A stretch of 45,032 nucleotides of DNA. Source: a virus. Lineage: Duplodnaviria > Caudoviricetes. The notes below the pieces were generated by a model. It saw only the letters and a program-made list of their open reading frames with translations. It searched no databases and had not been told where the DNA came from. Shown here one piece after another: positions 37,101 through 45,032 of this stretch. Position 1 is the stretch's first letter. Each line of letters begins with the position of its first letter. Both the position numbers and the translations under genes were made by a program. The stretch covers positions 1 to 45,032 of IMG/VR virus record IMGVR_UViG_3300016476_000196. One strand, written 5' to 3'.

Positions 37101-38041
37101 GGATCTACGTCAGTCTCCACGAACGGTGACACGCCCGCCGCTGCGTATGAGAACTTGTTAGACGCAGGGACCGCAGTGATTACGTGCTCTCCGTCAAGCT
37201 CTTCAGATACACCTTCAACTCGAACAGTATTACCAACAATCCAACCGTGAGCACCTGAAGTTGTTAAGGTAGCTACGCTAGATAGTACTTGTTTTAAAAG
37301 GACACTCTTTTGATCCCCACGAGGTCCAGACATGAAAATATAACCGTCGTTAGGACCTGTGATTGTGAAATCAGGATCAGCAAAACCGCTTGAGGTAATA
37401 CCTAGGTCAATGAAGCCCGAGTCGTTGTTACCTGTATCGGTGTAGGCAATAAAGTCAGTTGATGCGTTTGCCGCATTTGATGTGTTAGTGAATGCGAGCT
37501 GTGCAAAGTCGGTTGCAGTTGTTGCGAACACTGAAACCGCGTTTGTAAGGCTCTTGCTTGTTTCAATAGTAGATGCTGTTTGTCCCTGTCCACTTCCCCA
37601 GTAACCTTTTGTAAGGTATGTGGTTGCTGTCCAAAGAGTGTCAGTTCCATCAGAAGTTAAAACTTTATTTACAGCACTTAGCTGTGATGGTAGGTCTGAT
37701 TGACCTAGCGCAAGAAGCGCAAAATTCTCGTTGTCGTTAATGTCTGAATCAGCTGCTGTATGTTGAGCTGTTGCAATAAACGCGCTAACTCCGTCTGTTA
37801 CAACGTCGTTCTTGTAGTACAGGGTTCCGTTAACATATGTGCTACGGAAGTTGAAACCCTCAACTACGACTGCCCAACTACCAGTGTTAGTAGGTAGGAC
37901 ACCTGTTGCAGCTGCCGCAGCAGTGAACGCGTACAGGTTCGGACCATACTTGACTAGATCGTTGTACTCGTACTGGGTGGTGTTTGAATAGGTTCCCGCC
38001 CAATTAAATCGAATCTTGCCTAAGTCAAGAATCTGAGCCAT
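34175..38041 (-). CDS. long repeat-built tail fibre
   Basis: LDLGKIRFNW.G.Y....Y..ND.V N-terminus; three large internal repeats; five ~65-aa modules; T4 gp9/gp10-like C-terminus (ITLTLPASP...VRIAD...LVY..ATYGW). Confidence 0.85.
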   Translation of the reverse strand: MAQILDLGKIRFNWAGTYSNTTQYEYNDLVKYGPNLYAFTAAAAATGVLPTNTGSWAVVVEGFNFRSTYVNGTLYYKNDVVTDGVSAFIATAQHTAADSDINDNENFALLALGQSDLPSQLSAVNKVLTSDGTDTLWTATTYLTKGYWGSGQGQTASTIETSKSLTNAVSVFATTATDFAQLAFTNTSNAANASTDFIAYTDTGNNDSGFIDLGITSSGFADPDFTITGPNDGYIFMSGPRGDQKSVLLKQVLSSVATLTTSGAHGWIVGNTVRVEGVSEELDGEHVITAVPASNKFSYAAAGVSPFVETDVDPVGTSYRPVGEGNLVIATDASGLTNAIVFAAGGYYSNNTQMAIYPDSNVHIEIATASTSPTTGALTVVGGVGVSGDVNTSGSIYVGTDAKVFETNAGLTDTVAVLRGATDSFAQVAFVNGNNDAESSADVIVYSVAGDNDSGWIDMGITNPAFDSNTYGITGAGDGYIFMSGVADKTATVSSVARASGIATVTTTAAHGGFVGQSVTISGTTGFAGTFTISAVPNATTFRFLQAGAEVSTTASGGSVVISGGTGNLVLATADSGSENRIVFAAGGLASGNEQMIIAPDQFVHIEIATASTSPTTGALIVAGGMGLSGDLNTLGNVSFEGFLFSGNDAENWATTTATLTNPVAVFRYDSGVETSSYAQVAFQNTDPTSSTDFIVYMDNGNDDAGFWGFGIAGSEFDDAVYGITGPGDFYMFGDTVDDTYKGNMVFATGASGSENKIIFAAGGYASGNNQMVITPDQNIHIEIDTPSTSPTTGALTIVGGVGITGDMNVAGNVNIAGTIQFGGGGTTVETENLAVTDPMIFVGTDNLTDTLDLSFIGEHTYPTTLDPSAAITTKALTSNVATLTVTYSVGIEKFKAGDSITVAGVDATFNGTYTVTAATTTAPFTVSYAKTASNVASAPATTLTARNVTNKELASNVATLTTSGSHGFGVGESVTVTGVDATFNGAYVITATPSTTTFSYAKTSGDVPSQAATTAYASNVTQKSLTSNVATLTTSAAHGYSVGETVIVGSVDPTFNGTYTISAVTSTTFSYGLVASDVATTSTSGTATVNRLQGVATAAQYLGTANATDVFRPRYTGLSRDASDGKYKLFDLATTKPVTTVDFSEAGLVYATLKAKSIEATDSTSSFSMITLSGTPSASTDVATVAYVAAAAGGSWTIVTSNTTLTAGSFTFADTTTGRITLTLPASPAANTKVRIADVASKWGTNPVTLARNGSLIMGLAENLDLNVVNASVELVYANATYGWRIV

Positions 38042-38310
38042 TACAATACCTCCATAAGTAGACGACCAGTGGTGTTATTCCACGAAAATAAGAATGTGTT
38101 ATGAGTCCACATCCAGTTTCTATAGTCATCAGGTTTTACTAGGGTTTCGCTGGGAAGGCTTATTGGCTCATCTCCAACAATCTTCTCTATTGTAGCCCGT
38201 CCTGTAGCAGAATCTTGGCGAACTCCATAAAATACTTTATCTACGAAGTCCTCAAGGGTTTCCGAATTAGAGTCAATAACCGATGGGTACCAAACATAAG
38301 AACCCGACAT
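38041..38310 (-). CDS. hypothetical virion protein
   Basis: 89-aa coupled ORF in the fibre block. Confidence 0.6.
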   Translation of the reverse strand: MSGSYVWYPSVIDSNSETLEDFVDKVFYGVRQDSATGRATIEKIVGDEPISLPSETLVKPDDYRNWMWTHNTFLFSWNNTTGRLLMEVL

Positions 38311-38311
38311 A

Positions 38312-38716
38312 TTACAGCCCTCCTACGCCAGAGACGGTCACGGTAATTACATCCTCAATCGGGCAAGACGCTGAGATTGATTCCCCAGCCTCTAGAACGA
38401 TTTCGGTTATAGGATCCCTGTCGAGCACCGTGGACTCGACGCGAGAATCTCCAGACACTAGAGCCTGAAGTGCATATCGGCTCTTTAAGACACGAACTTG
38501 TGTCAAGGGGGTATTAGTAGCCCCAACCTTTTTAAAGATGTTTACTGGAAGAATACTTCCGTAAGAGTTATACACCAGTACGCTTGTAATTTTAGTTTTG
38601 CTATTTGCAGTAAAAACTACTACAGGAGTAGCGGCGCTTGTAACATCACCATACCCTGAAATCGGAGTGCCTGAACTAGCCTGGTCGGCTCCTACAGGGT
38701 ACGCATATCCTGGCAT
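38312..38716 (-). CDS. hypothetical virion protein (beta-sandwich-like)
   Basis: 134-aa beta-rich ORF; SD GGAG. Confidence 0.6.
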   Translation of the reverse strand: MPGYAYPVGADQASSGTPISGYGDVTSAATPVVVFTANSKTKITSVLVYNSYGSILPVNIFKKVGATNTPLTQVRVLKSRYALQALVSGDSRVESTVLDRDPITEIVLEAGESISASCPIEDVITVTVSGVGGL

Positions 38717-38724
38717 TTATTCTC

Positions 38725-39048
38725 CTACGCCTGAACAATTCCTTGGACAAAGTATCGAACACCGGCTGATCCAGCTACATAAATTGAATCAGTGTTGTTA
38801 ATACCAAAGCGAAATGTTTCGTAACTATTGTACGATGGAAGAGGAAGGTTGTAAGCAATTAAAGCCCCGTCCTCTTCGTCTTCACCAGCAGGAACAACCG
38901 TTACATAAATAACACCGTCAAGTGCTGAAGTGCTTGTGGCAATAACAGAGCATAGGTAGTTATTATCTGCGGTAAAAGCATTAATACCTGAACCAAAGGT
39001 TGTACCTGTAGCGTCATCTACAATTGCAAGGTTTTGAATACCTGCCAC
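38725..39048 (-). CDS. hypothetical virion protein (beta-sandwich-like)
   Basis: 107-aa ORF with GTG start after AGGAG. Confidence 0.6.
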   Translation of the reverse strand: MAGIQNLAIVDDATGTTFGSGINAFTADNNYLCSVIATSTSALDGVIYVTVVPAGEDEEDGALIAYNLPLPSYNSYETFRFGINNTDSIYVAGSAGVRYFVQGIVQA

Positions 39049-39049
39049 G

Positions 39050-40561
39050 TTAAGCTCCTAACCACCATGAAAGCGCAAGGCTAGAAGGACCTGGAGGCCC
39101 TTGAATACCCTGTTCACCAGTAGGACCGATAGGACCTGTTGGGCCAATAGGACCTGTTGGACCTAAAGGTGCCGCGCCTGTCTCAACCCAGTATCCGTCA
39201 TAAAAGATAAAAATACTGCCTGTATTCGGATCAAACCAAGCATCACCTTCATTTGCGCCAACAGGAGGTGTTGTATCGTAATAGTTCCACGCACCAGTCG
39301 CACCAGTTGGTCCAGGTACAGTTGAGTCTGCACCAGTTGGTCCAGTAGGTCCAGTTGATCCAGTCGGACCAGTTGGCCCTTGAATGTTTCCAACGTTTTC
39401 CCACTCAATACCGTCCCAAACATAAAGGTCAGTACCTACTAAATATCCATCTCCAGGATTTCCTGTTGGATGTGCAGCAACTAGTTCAGCGTATGTTGCA
39501 TACTGACCAAGAATTGTAATTCCTTGACCTGTTGCACCAGTGGGACCTGTTGGACCTGCATCACCAGTCGCACCAGTTGGGCCTGTTGGTCCAATTTCAC
39601 CTTGAATACCGGTTGCACCAGTTTCACCAGTAGGACCTTGTGCGCCAGTTTCTCCTGTTGGTCCTGTTGGACCAGTAGGGCCGATTTCACCTTGTGCCAG
39701 GAAGACATCCCAGTATGGACTTCCTACATATGGAGGATAACCAGTGTTAGGCTCTCCAATTCGAATCCAAAGAGAACCAGAGTAGTAAACAACGTCGTTA
39801 TAGCTATAGTCATATCCGTTGTTATATTCACCTAAAAAGTTATATGGAGCAGGGCCTGTTGCGCCAGTTGCACCAGTTGGTCCAACCTCTCCTTGCGGTC
39901 CTGTAGGTCCAACTTCTCCAGTTGCACCTGTAGGGCCAGTAGCTCCTGTTGGGCCTATTTCTCCAGTGGGACCCGTCGCACCATCTGCTCCGGCTGGACC
40001 TGTAGGGCCAGGAACCAGTGAGTCGGCACCAGGTGCACCCGTAGGCCCTGTTGCACCAGTTTCTCCTTGTGGACCGGTGGGCCCAGTCGGACCAACAATT
40101 TGTCCGACGTTGTTCCAACCAGTTAACGTCCAAACATATAAATCACCGTTTTCATCAACAATGTAAGCATCGTTAACATTATTTCCGGTAGTAGGAAGGT
40201 CGCCTATTGTAGGAACAGCATCTATAAATGTTATTGAAACGCCTTGTGCACCAGTTGCACCGGTTGCGCCTGTGGCGCCAGTTGCACCTGTGGCACCCGG
40301 TGTTCCAGCAGGACCAGTTGGACCAGTATTTCCTTCAGGACCTATAAAACCAATTGGTCCTTGAGCACCGGTGGCTCCAGTTGCACCTGTAGGACCAGTT
40401 GCACCTGTGGCGCCTGTTGCGCCCGTGGCTCCAGTAGCTCCGGTAGCACCGGTTGCTCCTTGAGGTCCAGTAGGACCGGTTGCACCATCGGCACCGTAGC
40501 TTTCTCCTTGAATAGAGATTTGAACTACTGGTTCAGGTTGAATAATTATTTCATCAGCCAT
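39050..40561 (-). CDS. collagen-like fibre protein
   Basis: Five Gly-X-Y blocks, mostly GPT/GAT, interrupted by small aromatic globular modules. Confidence 0.9.
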   Translation of the reverse strand: MADEIIIQPEPVVQISIQGESYGADGATGPTGPQGATGATGATGATGATGATGATGPTGATGATGAQGPIGFIGPEGNTGPTGPAGTPGATGATGATGATGATGAQGVSITFIDAVPTIGDLPTTGNNVNDAYIVDENGDLYVWTLTGWNNVGQIVGPTGPTGPQGETGATGPTGAPGADSLVPGPTGPAGADGATGPTGEIGPTGATGPTGATGEVGPTGPQGEVGPTGATGATGPAPYNFLGEYNNGYDYSYNDVVYYSGSLWIRIGEPNTGYPPYVGSPYWDVFLAQGEIGPTGPTGPTGETGAQGPTGETGATGIQGEIGPTGPTGATGDAGPTGPTGATGQGITILGQYATYAELVAAHPTGNPGDGYLVGTDLYVWDGIEWENVGNIQGPTGPTGSTGPTGPTGADSTVPGPTGATGAWNYYDTTPPVGANEGDAWFDPNTGSIFIFYDGYWVETGAAPLGPTGPIGPTGPIGPTGEQGIQGPPGPSSLALSWWLGA

Positions 40562-41619
40562 TAATCAACCGTCACTTGTTGAGTTACGAACACCTGTCCT
40601 TTAACGTAAGTCTTTTGGAAATCTGGATCAACTGTTGATGTAGCTTGTAAATCCCAGAAGCATCGTGCAGGTAGGTAGGCTGTTTGTTGCTTTGTTAACT
40701 TAAGTCTGATTTGACCAGTAGTTGGGTTAATTACCTCTACTGTAAACGTTGCGTACAGAGCAGGGGCATTAGGGTATGTTCTAATCTGCGCCTTAAACAC
40801 AAGGTTAGTTGTATCAATAGGGAAGTCAAGGATGACTGAGTAACTATCACCCTGATAGATAATAAGATCGTAAATAGCAGCTGTGGTTGGGGTAGGCGAA
40901 CGACCCATCATGTCGTTTTGAATGTAAACGCGCTCTGGCTTACGTGCGTCATCAATCTCTTGTGGCATGTAAATAGGTACAAGCTTGTTAGTAGTTCTAG
41001 AAACACGACGAAGTGTTCCAATCTCAAGACGCCACAATCCGATATTGAGAGCAGAGCAAAGTGTGCGGTATTGCTCCTGACGCTGGTTAATCATATTAAC
41101 GAGCTGGTGGTAGCGCTCAGAACGAGGGATAGTAACCCCGTCTGGGGCGAAGATGTTAATGTCAAAGGATGCGTCTGTTGCAAGAGCCCACAACGCCTCA
41201 ATTACAGCAAGGATAGCAAGAGGGTATTCCTCAACTGCCGGCACCTTAGCTAAGGTCATTTGATTACCAAAGCCGTCTGTGCGGTTAAATGTGTGCTGTT
41301 CAACAGCGGTATTAATAAATAGTTCTAGGTCTGAGTCAGTAAAGTAGCGGTAGTTGGTTCCGCTAATCTTGATTGAAACCCCGTTTCCTGGGGCAGATGC
41401 AAAATGAAAGATGCCAATATCTTGCTCAACTGTATATCCAGTTGGCTGGGCTACAGGAACGTTATTGACAAGTACTGTGAGGGTCTCTGGGTTTACAGGC
41501 TTGACTCTAACGTCAAAAGCTTTAGTGGAGCCGTCACCCACATCCTGCCACTCAAATTGCTTGGCGAGGTCTCCGAGTTCAAGGCGTACTCGATAAAGAA
41601 TGTCTGAAATTACAGCCAC
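40561..41619 (-). CDS. head-tail adaptor-like protein with C-terminal BppU-like domain
   Basis: VRLELGD...YFTDSDL..F adaptor pattern; IYQGDSY...FKAQIR...IRLKL...WDLQ Ig-like domain. Confidence 0.6.
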   Translation of the reverse strand: MAVISDILYRVRLELGDLAKQFEWQDVGDGSTKAFDVRVKPVNPETLTVLVNNVPVAQPTGYTVEQDIGIFHFASAPGNGVSIKISGTNYRYFTDSDLELFINTAVEQHTFNRTDGFGNQMTLAKVPAVEEYPLAILAVIEALWALATDASFDINIFAPDGVTIPRSERYHQLVNMINQRQEQYRTLCSALNIGLWRLEIGTLRRVSRTTNKLVPIYMPQEIDDARKPERVYIQNDMMGRSPTPTTAAIYDLIIYQGDSYSVILDFPIDTTNLVFKAQIRTYPNAPALYATFTVEVINPTTGQIRLKLTKQQTAYLPARCFWDLQATSTVDPDFQKTYVKGQVFVTQQVTVD

Positions 41620-41675
41620 TAACCACTCCTAACATCGCCTACATAATGGTAGGTGACTGCGAATAAAAAATCCCT

Positions 41676-41707
41676 ACAAACGAAGAAGCGGGCACCATAG
41701 TGCCCGC
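41676..41707 (-). terminator. rho-independent terminator after the head genes
   Basis: GCGGGCAC-N4-GTGCCCGC (41688-41707) followed on the minus strand by TTCTTCGTTTGT. Confidence 0.65.
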
Positions 41708-41725
41708 CGCTCCGACTTCTACTGG

Positions 41726-42088
41726 TTAGATAACGCCAGCGAGATAGCCTTTTTCCTTAAGGTGCTGAGCAACAGGCTTTGATACCTTGTACTTCTGTCC
41801 TGCCTTAAAGTTATAGTTATTACCTGCGCCAAGAGTCATATTTTCAATATCCTCTACGACGCGGATTTCTACAGAATCTTTGTTGTCATCTAGAGTAACT
41901 ACCTCATCAACGATGACTACTTGACGATCTGGAACTGTGGCGTCAATGACCTGATCAAGCTGTGCTTGTGCTTGAGCTGTTGCCATTGACATCTCACCTG
42001 CGCGTTGCGCTAGAGCTTCTGCATTTGCTGCTAAAGACTCTTCACGAGCGCGACCAGTAACATCGGTCGGCTTTACTTTACTTGCCAT
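41726..42088 (-). CDS. hypothetical head-associated protein
   Basis: 120-aa ORF after the major capsid gene; SD GGAGG. Confidence 0.7.
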   Translation of the reverse strand: MASKVKPTDVTGRAREESLAANAEALAQRAGEMSMATAQAQAQLDQVIDATVPDRQVVIVDEVVTLDDNKDSVEIRVVEDIENMTLGAGNNYNFKAGQKYKVSKPVAQHLKEKGYLAGVI

Positions 42089-42119
42089 TTGGATCCTCCG
42101 GGTTAGTGTCTGTTAAGGG

Positions 42120-42178
42120 TTATGTAGGGCGGGAGTGTGGGCTTCATTTCAGCCCGTGCTTAACCCCGCCCTACATAA
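42120..42178. promoter_or_regulatory. long stem-loop after the major capsid gene
   Basis: TTATGTAGGGCGGG (42120-42133) / CCCGCCCTACATAA (42165-42178), a perfect 14-bp stem with an inner GGGCT/AGCCC stem. Confidence 0.7.
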
Positions 42179-42191
42179 TTATTAAATTGTA

Positions 42192-43262
42192 TTAGTTGGT
42201 TTCTGCAATAACAACAGCTTGATCAGTGATTAGACCAAGACCGAAGATTGAGTACCAAGCAAGTGCATGCTCACGACCGAAGTCTAGGATACCGCCATCG
42301 CGGAGTTCGACTGGTAGAGAGATAGCGTGACCGAATGCGTTATCTCCAATAAAGATAGCGTCATAACGATCCTTGTTACCGTTACCTGTGAACTGAGCAG
42401 GAGTGATGTATCCACCACCAGGGGTTACTGTTGGGTTAGCAACAGCTGTATCAGCTGTGTAACCTGAACCAGCACCACCAGCGACCTTACGGACCTGAGT
42501 TGTTTCGATGAATACTGTGTCGTATAGACGACCAATTTCACCTAGCATGAAGTTACCAGGTGCTGCGTACTTGGTTACTTCGATGAATTCAGGATTGTCA
42601 CGGAGCTTACGTGACTGGTGTGGGTGAACGAATGCCACGTAGGTTTCACCTAACCGTGGGATGTTCTTGGTTGCTAGGGTCTCTACTGCGTCCTTCACTG
42701 TGTGAGGGGTCATGTAGTAGGTACCTGTCATAGCAGCACGGTTAGCAGCGGTTGTACCATCTGCATACCAGTTGTTTACAGCTGTAAGAGCTGAACGATC
42801 TTCACCATAGATGGTTGAAGTTGCTGCGTAGAGTGTGTCGCGTGAAAGCTGGTCTAGATAGACAGCCATGTTGCGGCCTAGAAGACGTGAAGCAGAAGCC
42901 ATCACATCATCGAATGAAGCGTTAAGCAAAAGCTCTGAAACTGCAAGAGCATAACCATGCTCAGTTACAGTGATTGAGAACTGCTGTGCTGTAAGCGCGT
43001 TGGTCTGCATACGAACACCTTCGACAAGGCTTGAAGCAAAGCCGAGGTTGTTGTAACGCATGAAGTTAATCTGAAGACCAGGTGCAACACCTAGTTCAGT
43101 CTTCTTTACTGCAAACTGCTCGAAGCGAAGGATCGGCATGGCCTGGAAAAGAATTTCCTTGGACCAAATTGTCTGAATCGCTTGAGTCAGCTGGGTGTTT
43201 GTACCCGAGTAGGCTGTAGGGGCAGCGGCTAGATTACCGGTACCTGTGATTCCTGATGCCAT
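42192..43262 (-). CDS. major capsid protein (N4 gp56-like family)
   Basis: LRFEQFA, G..INF.RY..L, L.EG, EHG, YVAFVHP.Q..LR, GEIG.L....FIET; follows the scaffold gene. Confidence 0.92.
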   Translation of the reverse strand: MASGITGTGNLAAAPTAYSGTNTQLTQAIQTIWSKEILFQAMPILRFEQFAVKKTELGVAPGLQINFMRYNNLGFASSLVEGVRMQTNALTAQQFSITVTEHGYALAVSELLLNASFDDVMASASRLLGRNMAVYLDQLSRDTLYAATSTIYGEDRSALTAVNNWYADGTTAANRAAMTGTYYMTPHTVKDAVETLATKNIPRLGETYVAFVHPHQSRKLRDNPEFIEVTKYAAPGNFMLGEIGRLYDTVFIETTQVRKVAGGAGSGYTADTAVANPTVTPGGGYITPAQFTGNGNKDRYDAIFIGDNAFGHAISLPVELRDGGILDFGREHALAWYSIFGLGLITDQAVVIAETN

Positions 43263-43299
43263 TTAAATTTGACTCCTTAGTTGGATTTGGATTGGGGGT

Positions 43300-44088
43300 T
43301 TACCCGAACAGTCCGCGAGACTTCCCTTGTGCACTTGGGCTCAAGAGACGACTTCTGTATTTAGCGTAATCGTTCATGGACATAGACTGAATTTCTTCAG
43401 CTGTTAACGCACGTTGCTCCGAATTATTTTCCAATGGTCCGGCTGGTGGCAAGGTTGCCCTTGTACCAGTCATTTCTTTTCTGGCGGTCTGCATAGCAGA
43501 CTGAGCCGATTCAAGAATGCGAGCTGAGCGTTCCTTCAAACCTTCTACACTAGCTTGAATCTCTTCGCGAGTATTACCTGCGATTAGATCGACTAGTTCA
43601 GGGATGATGTTGTCGCGCTCTTGCTCAAGTACTTCTTGGCGATAAGCCTGAAGATCTGCAAAAGTCTTTTCGCGCTCCAGAAGAGCGAGGGCTCGTTCAC
43701 GTTCTTGACGCTCACGCTCCAACTGCTCTTGCAACTCCGACAAACGTGCATCTGCATAAGATTTTGCATCTAGCTCTGCTAGTGCCTCTGCTTTTGCTCG
43801 TTCTGCTAAAGCTTGAGCTTCAGCTTCTTTGCGGGCTGCTTCTTCTTCTTTTTCTTTACGAATAGAGTTCAGCTCTTCCTTCAGAGATTCAATCTGAGGG
43901 TAAAGCTTTTCTTTTTCCTGAGAACGAACCTTAGCTAAATCATCTTCTGTGTAGAACTTGACATTAGCTTTTGTTTGACTCTCAGTTCCCGTAATAACAG
44001 TCGACGCGTCAACGCCCGACACATTTACTACTGGAGCTGTTCCGGCTTCTGCTTCAAAAGCATTAGCCATGTTTTCCGCAGTTTCCAT
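43300..44088 (-). CDS. capsid scaffolding protein
   Basis: E/K/R/A-rich coiled coil between portal and capsid; C-terminal MSM.DY.KYR motif. Confidence 0.85.
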   Translation of the reverse strand: METAENMANAFEAEAGTAPVVNVSGVDASTVITGTESQTKANVKFYTEDDLAKVRSQEKEKLYPQIESLKEELNSIRKEKEEEAARKEAEAQALAERAKAEALAELDAKSYADARLSELQEQLERERQERERALALLEREKTFADLQAYRQEVLEQERDNIIPELVDLIAGNTREEIQASVEGLKERSARILESAQSAMQTARKEMTGTRATLPPAGPLENNSEQRALTAEEIQSMSMNDYAKYRSRLLSPSAQGKSRGLFG

Positions 44089-44208
44089 GCTTATATCCTT
44101 TGTTTCTCTGGGTCGTTTTCCGAATGAGCCGAAGCCCGTAGCACATATGACCTAACGTTTGTAAGTTAATTTTCGCCTTACCCTACGAAATTGTCTGCAT
44201 AAATAGCA

Positions 44209-45032
44209 TTATTTTTCGTAGTCTTGTGGTACCTGCCTTTTTGGAAGTTGGGTACCATAAGCTTCAGTTACGAGTTTTGTTCTTAAAGCAGCCTCGCCCT
44301 GCTGAGCCACTGTGCCGGCTCCATCTAACATTGGGGTAGGAGCGGCAGCCATAGGTGCGCCTCCACCTGCTGATCCAGCGCCTCCACCTGTCATACCGGT
44401 AGAACCGCCACCCATTTCTGGTGGCAGTGTGCCTGTGATTTGCATAATCTCTTGCTCAATTTGAGTCTGTAACAGCTTAAGGGCGCCGTCTGATAAAGCC
44501 TCATCCTTAAGTTCTTGACGAATCTCTTCAAGTTTCTCTGTTGGGAATTCTTCTCCAAGTGAGCGAAGAGCTCCTTCCTTAGACTCAAGTCCTAGAGACA
44601 TCAGTGACTGAACTTCGTTCAAAGCAATCAACTTGTCTAGAGGTAGTGGAGGTGGGAAGTGGACATAAGACTGATATGTGATTGGGTCTTGAGGATCCAA
44701 ACGGTCTAGTTGACCAGTTTTCAATGGTGAGTTTTTAGATGGATCCCAAACAAAAGTCTCAGGCTCTTTAATTGCAAGGCTTAGAAGAATAAGCTCATTT
44801 ACTCGCTCTAGGCCACGAGCGTACTGAATGATCTTTTGGTGGTAACGGTTCATCAAAGGCTGGAATTGAATTGAAAGAGCTACGCCTGATGTATTAGAAA
44901 TAGGCTGTGCTTGACCAAGTGCCGTCTCTGGAACACCGATCATTTCGTGCATTGACTTCTTAAGAAGGTTTAAAAACTCCATTGCCCCCTTAAGACCTTG
45001 AGCGCCACCCTCTAGGTTTTCTACCTTTGCGT
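44209..45032 (-). CDS. portal protein, C-terminal part (frame stays open to the window edge)
   Basis: GVPE.ALG...SNTSGVAL..Q..PL, V.F.P.LP.D (SPP1 gp6-like); no stop codon upstream of ATG 44982. Confidence 0.88.
   Translation of the reverse strand, partial: AKVENLEGGAQGLKGAMEFLNLLKKSMHEMIGVPETALGQAQPISNTSGVALSIQFQPLMNRYHQKIIQYARGLERVNELILLSLAIKEPETFVWDPSKNSPLKTGQLDRLDPQDPITYQSYVHFPPPLPLDKLIALNEVQSLMSLGLESKEGALRSLGEEFPTEKLEEIRQELKDEALSDGALKLLQTQIEQEIMQITGTLPPEMGGGSTGMTGGGAGSAGGGAPMAAAPTPMLDGAGTVAQQGEAALRTKLVTEAYGTQLPKRQVPQDYEK

Noticed and set aside
39050-40561. 9-bp periodic DNA repeats as a possible CRISPR array or VNTR
   Set aside because: The periodicity comes from Gly-X-Thr coding with varied wobble bases; there is no constant repeat with unique spacers.
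39819-40564. Plus-strand GPV/APV-repeat and Cys-rich ORFs (also at 31726-32484)
   Set aside because: These are antisense or alternative-frame shadows of collagen codons, so their Cys richness is an artefact, unlike the peptides at 28101-28252.
1-45032. Stop-codon reassignment, and a specific host assignment
   Set aside because: Genes are full length and tightly coupled under the standard code. An actinobacterial host is plausible from the gene content, but nothing in this window proves it.

Overview
This 45 kb window is a slice of a tailed dsDNA bacteriophage genome with a contractile (myovirus-type) tail. Every credible gene lies on the minus strand. In transcription order (right to left) it encodes a partial portal, a scaffold, an N4-gp56-type major capsid protein and a head-tail adaptor. 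Next come fibre genes (three Gly-X-Thr collagen-like proteins and a 1288-aa repeat-built fibre), a GT2+TPR glycosyltransferase, a head-closure protein, and six tiny basic or Cys-rich ORFs, most of them missing from the ORF track. The tail module follows: terminator, sheath, tube, chaperone, tape measure and an eCIS-like baseplate, then a holin-like gene. The replication module is initiator, DnaC-like loader, DnaB, primase, HAD phosphatase, dNMP kinase, SNF2 helicase, RHH and HTH regulators, probable SSB, PolA and a partial RecA. The most notable observations are: (1) a start-less tail ORF reachable only by a +1 (or -2) frameshift at TTG-TTT-CGC-ATA-TAG; (2) two overlapping metallothionein-like micropeptides inside a lysine-rich micro-gene cluster; (3) a Gp5 OB-fold split by a C1q/BclA-CTD-like domain; (4) a possible glycosylated collagen coat; (5) a ~65-aa module reused eight times in three virion proteins; (6) a lambda-like origin candidate inside the initiator gene; and (7) hairpins covering ribosome-binding sites. 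All family calls come from motif recognition by eye, with no database searches. I saw no rRNA, tRNA, CRISPR array, integrase or reverse transcriptase.
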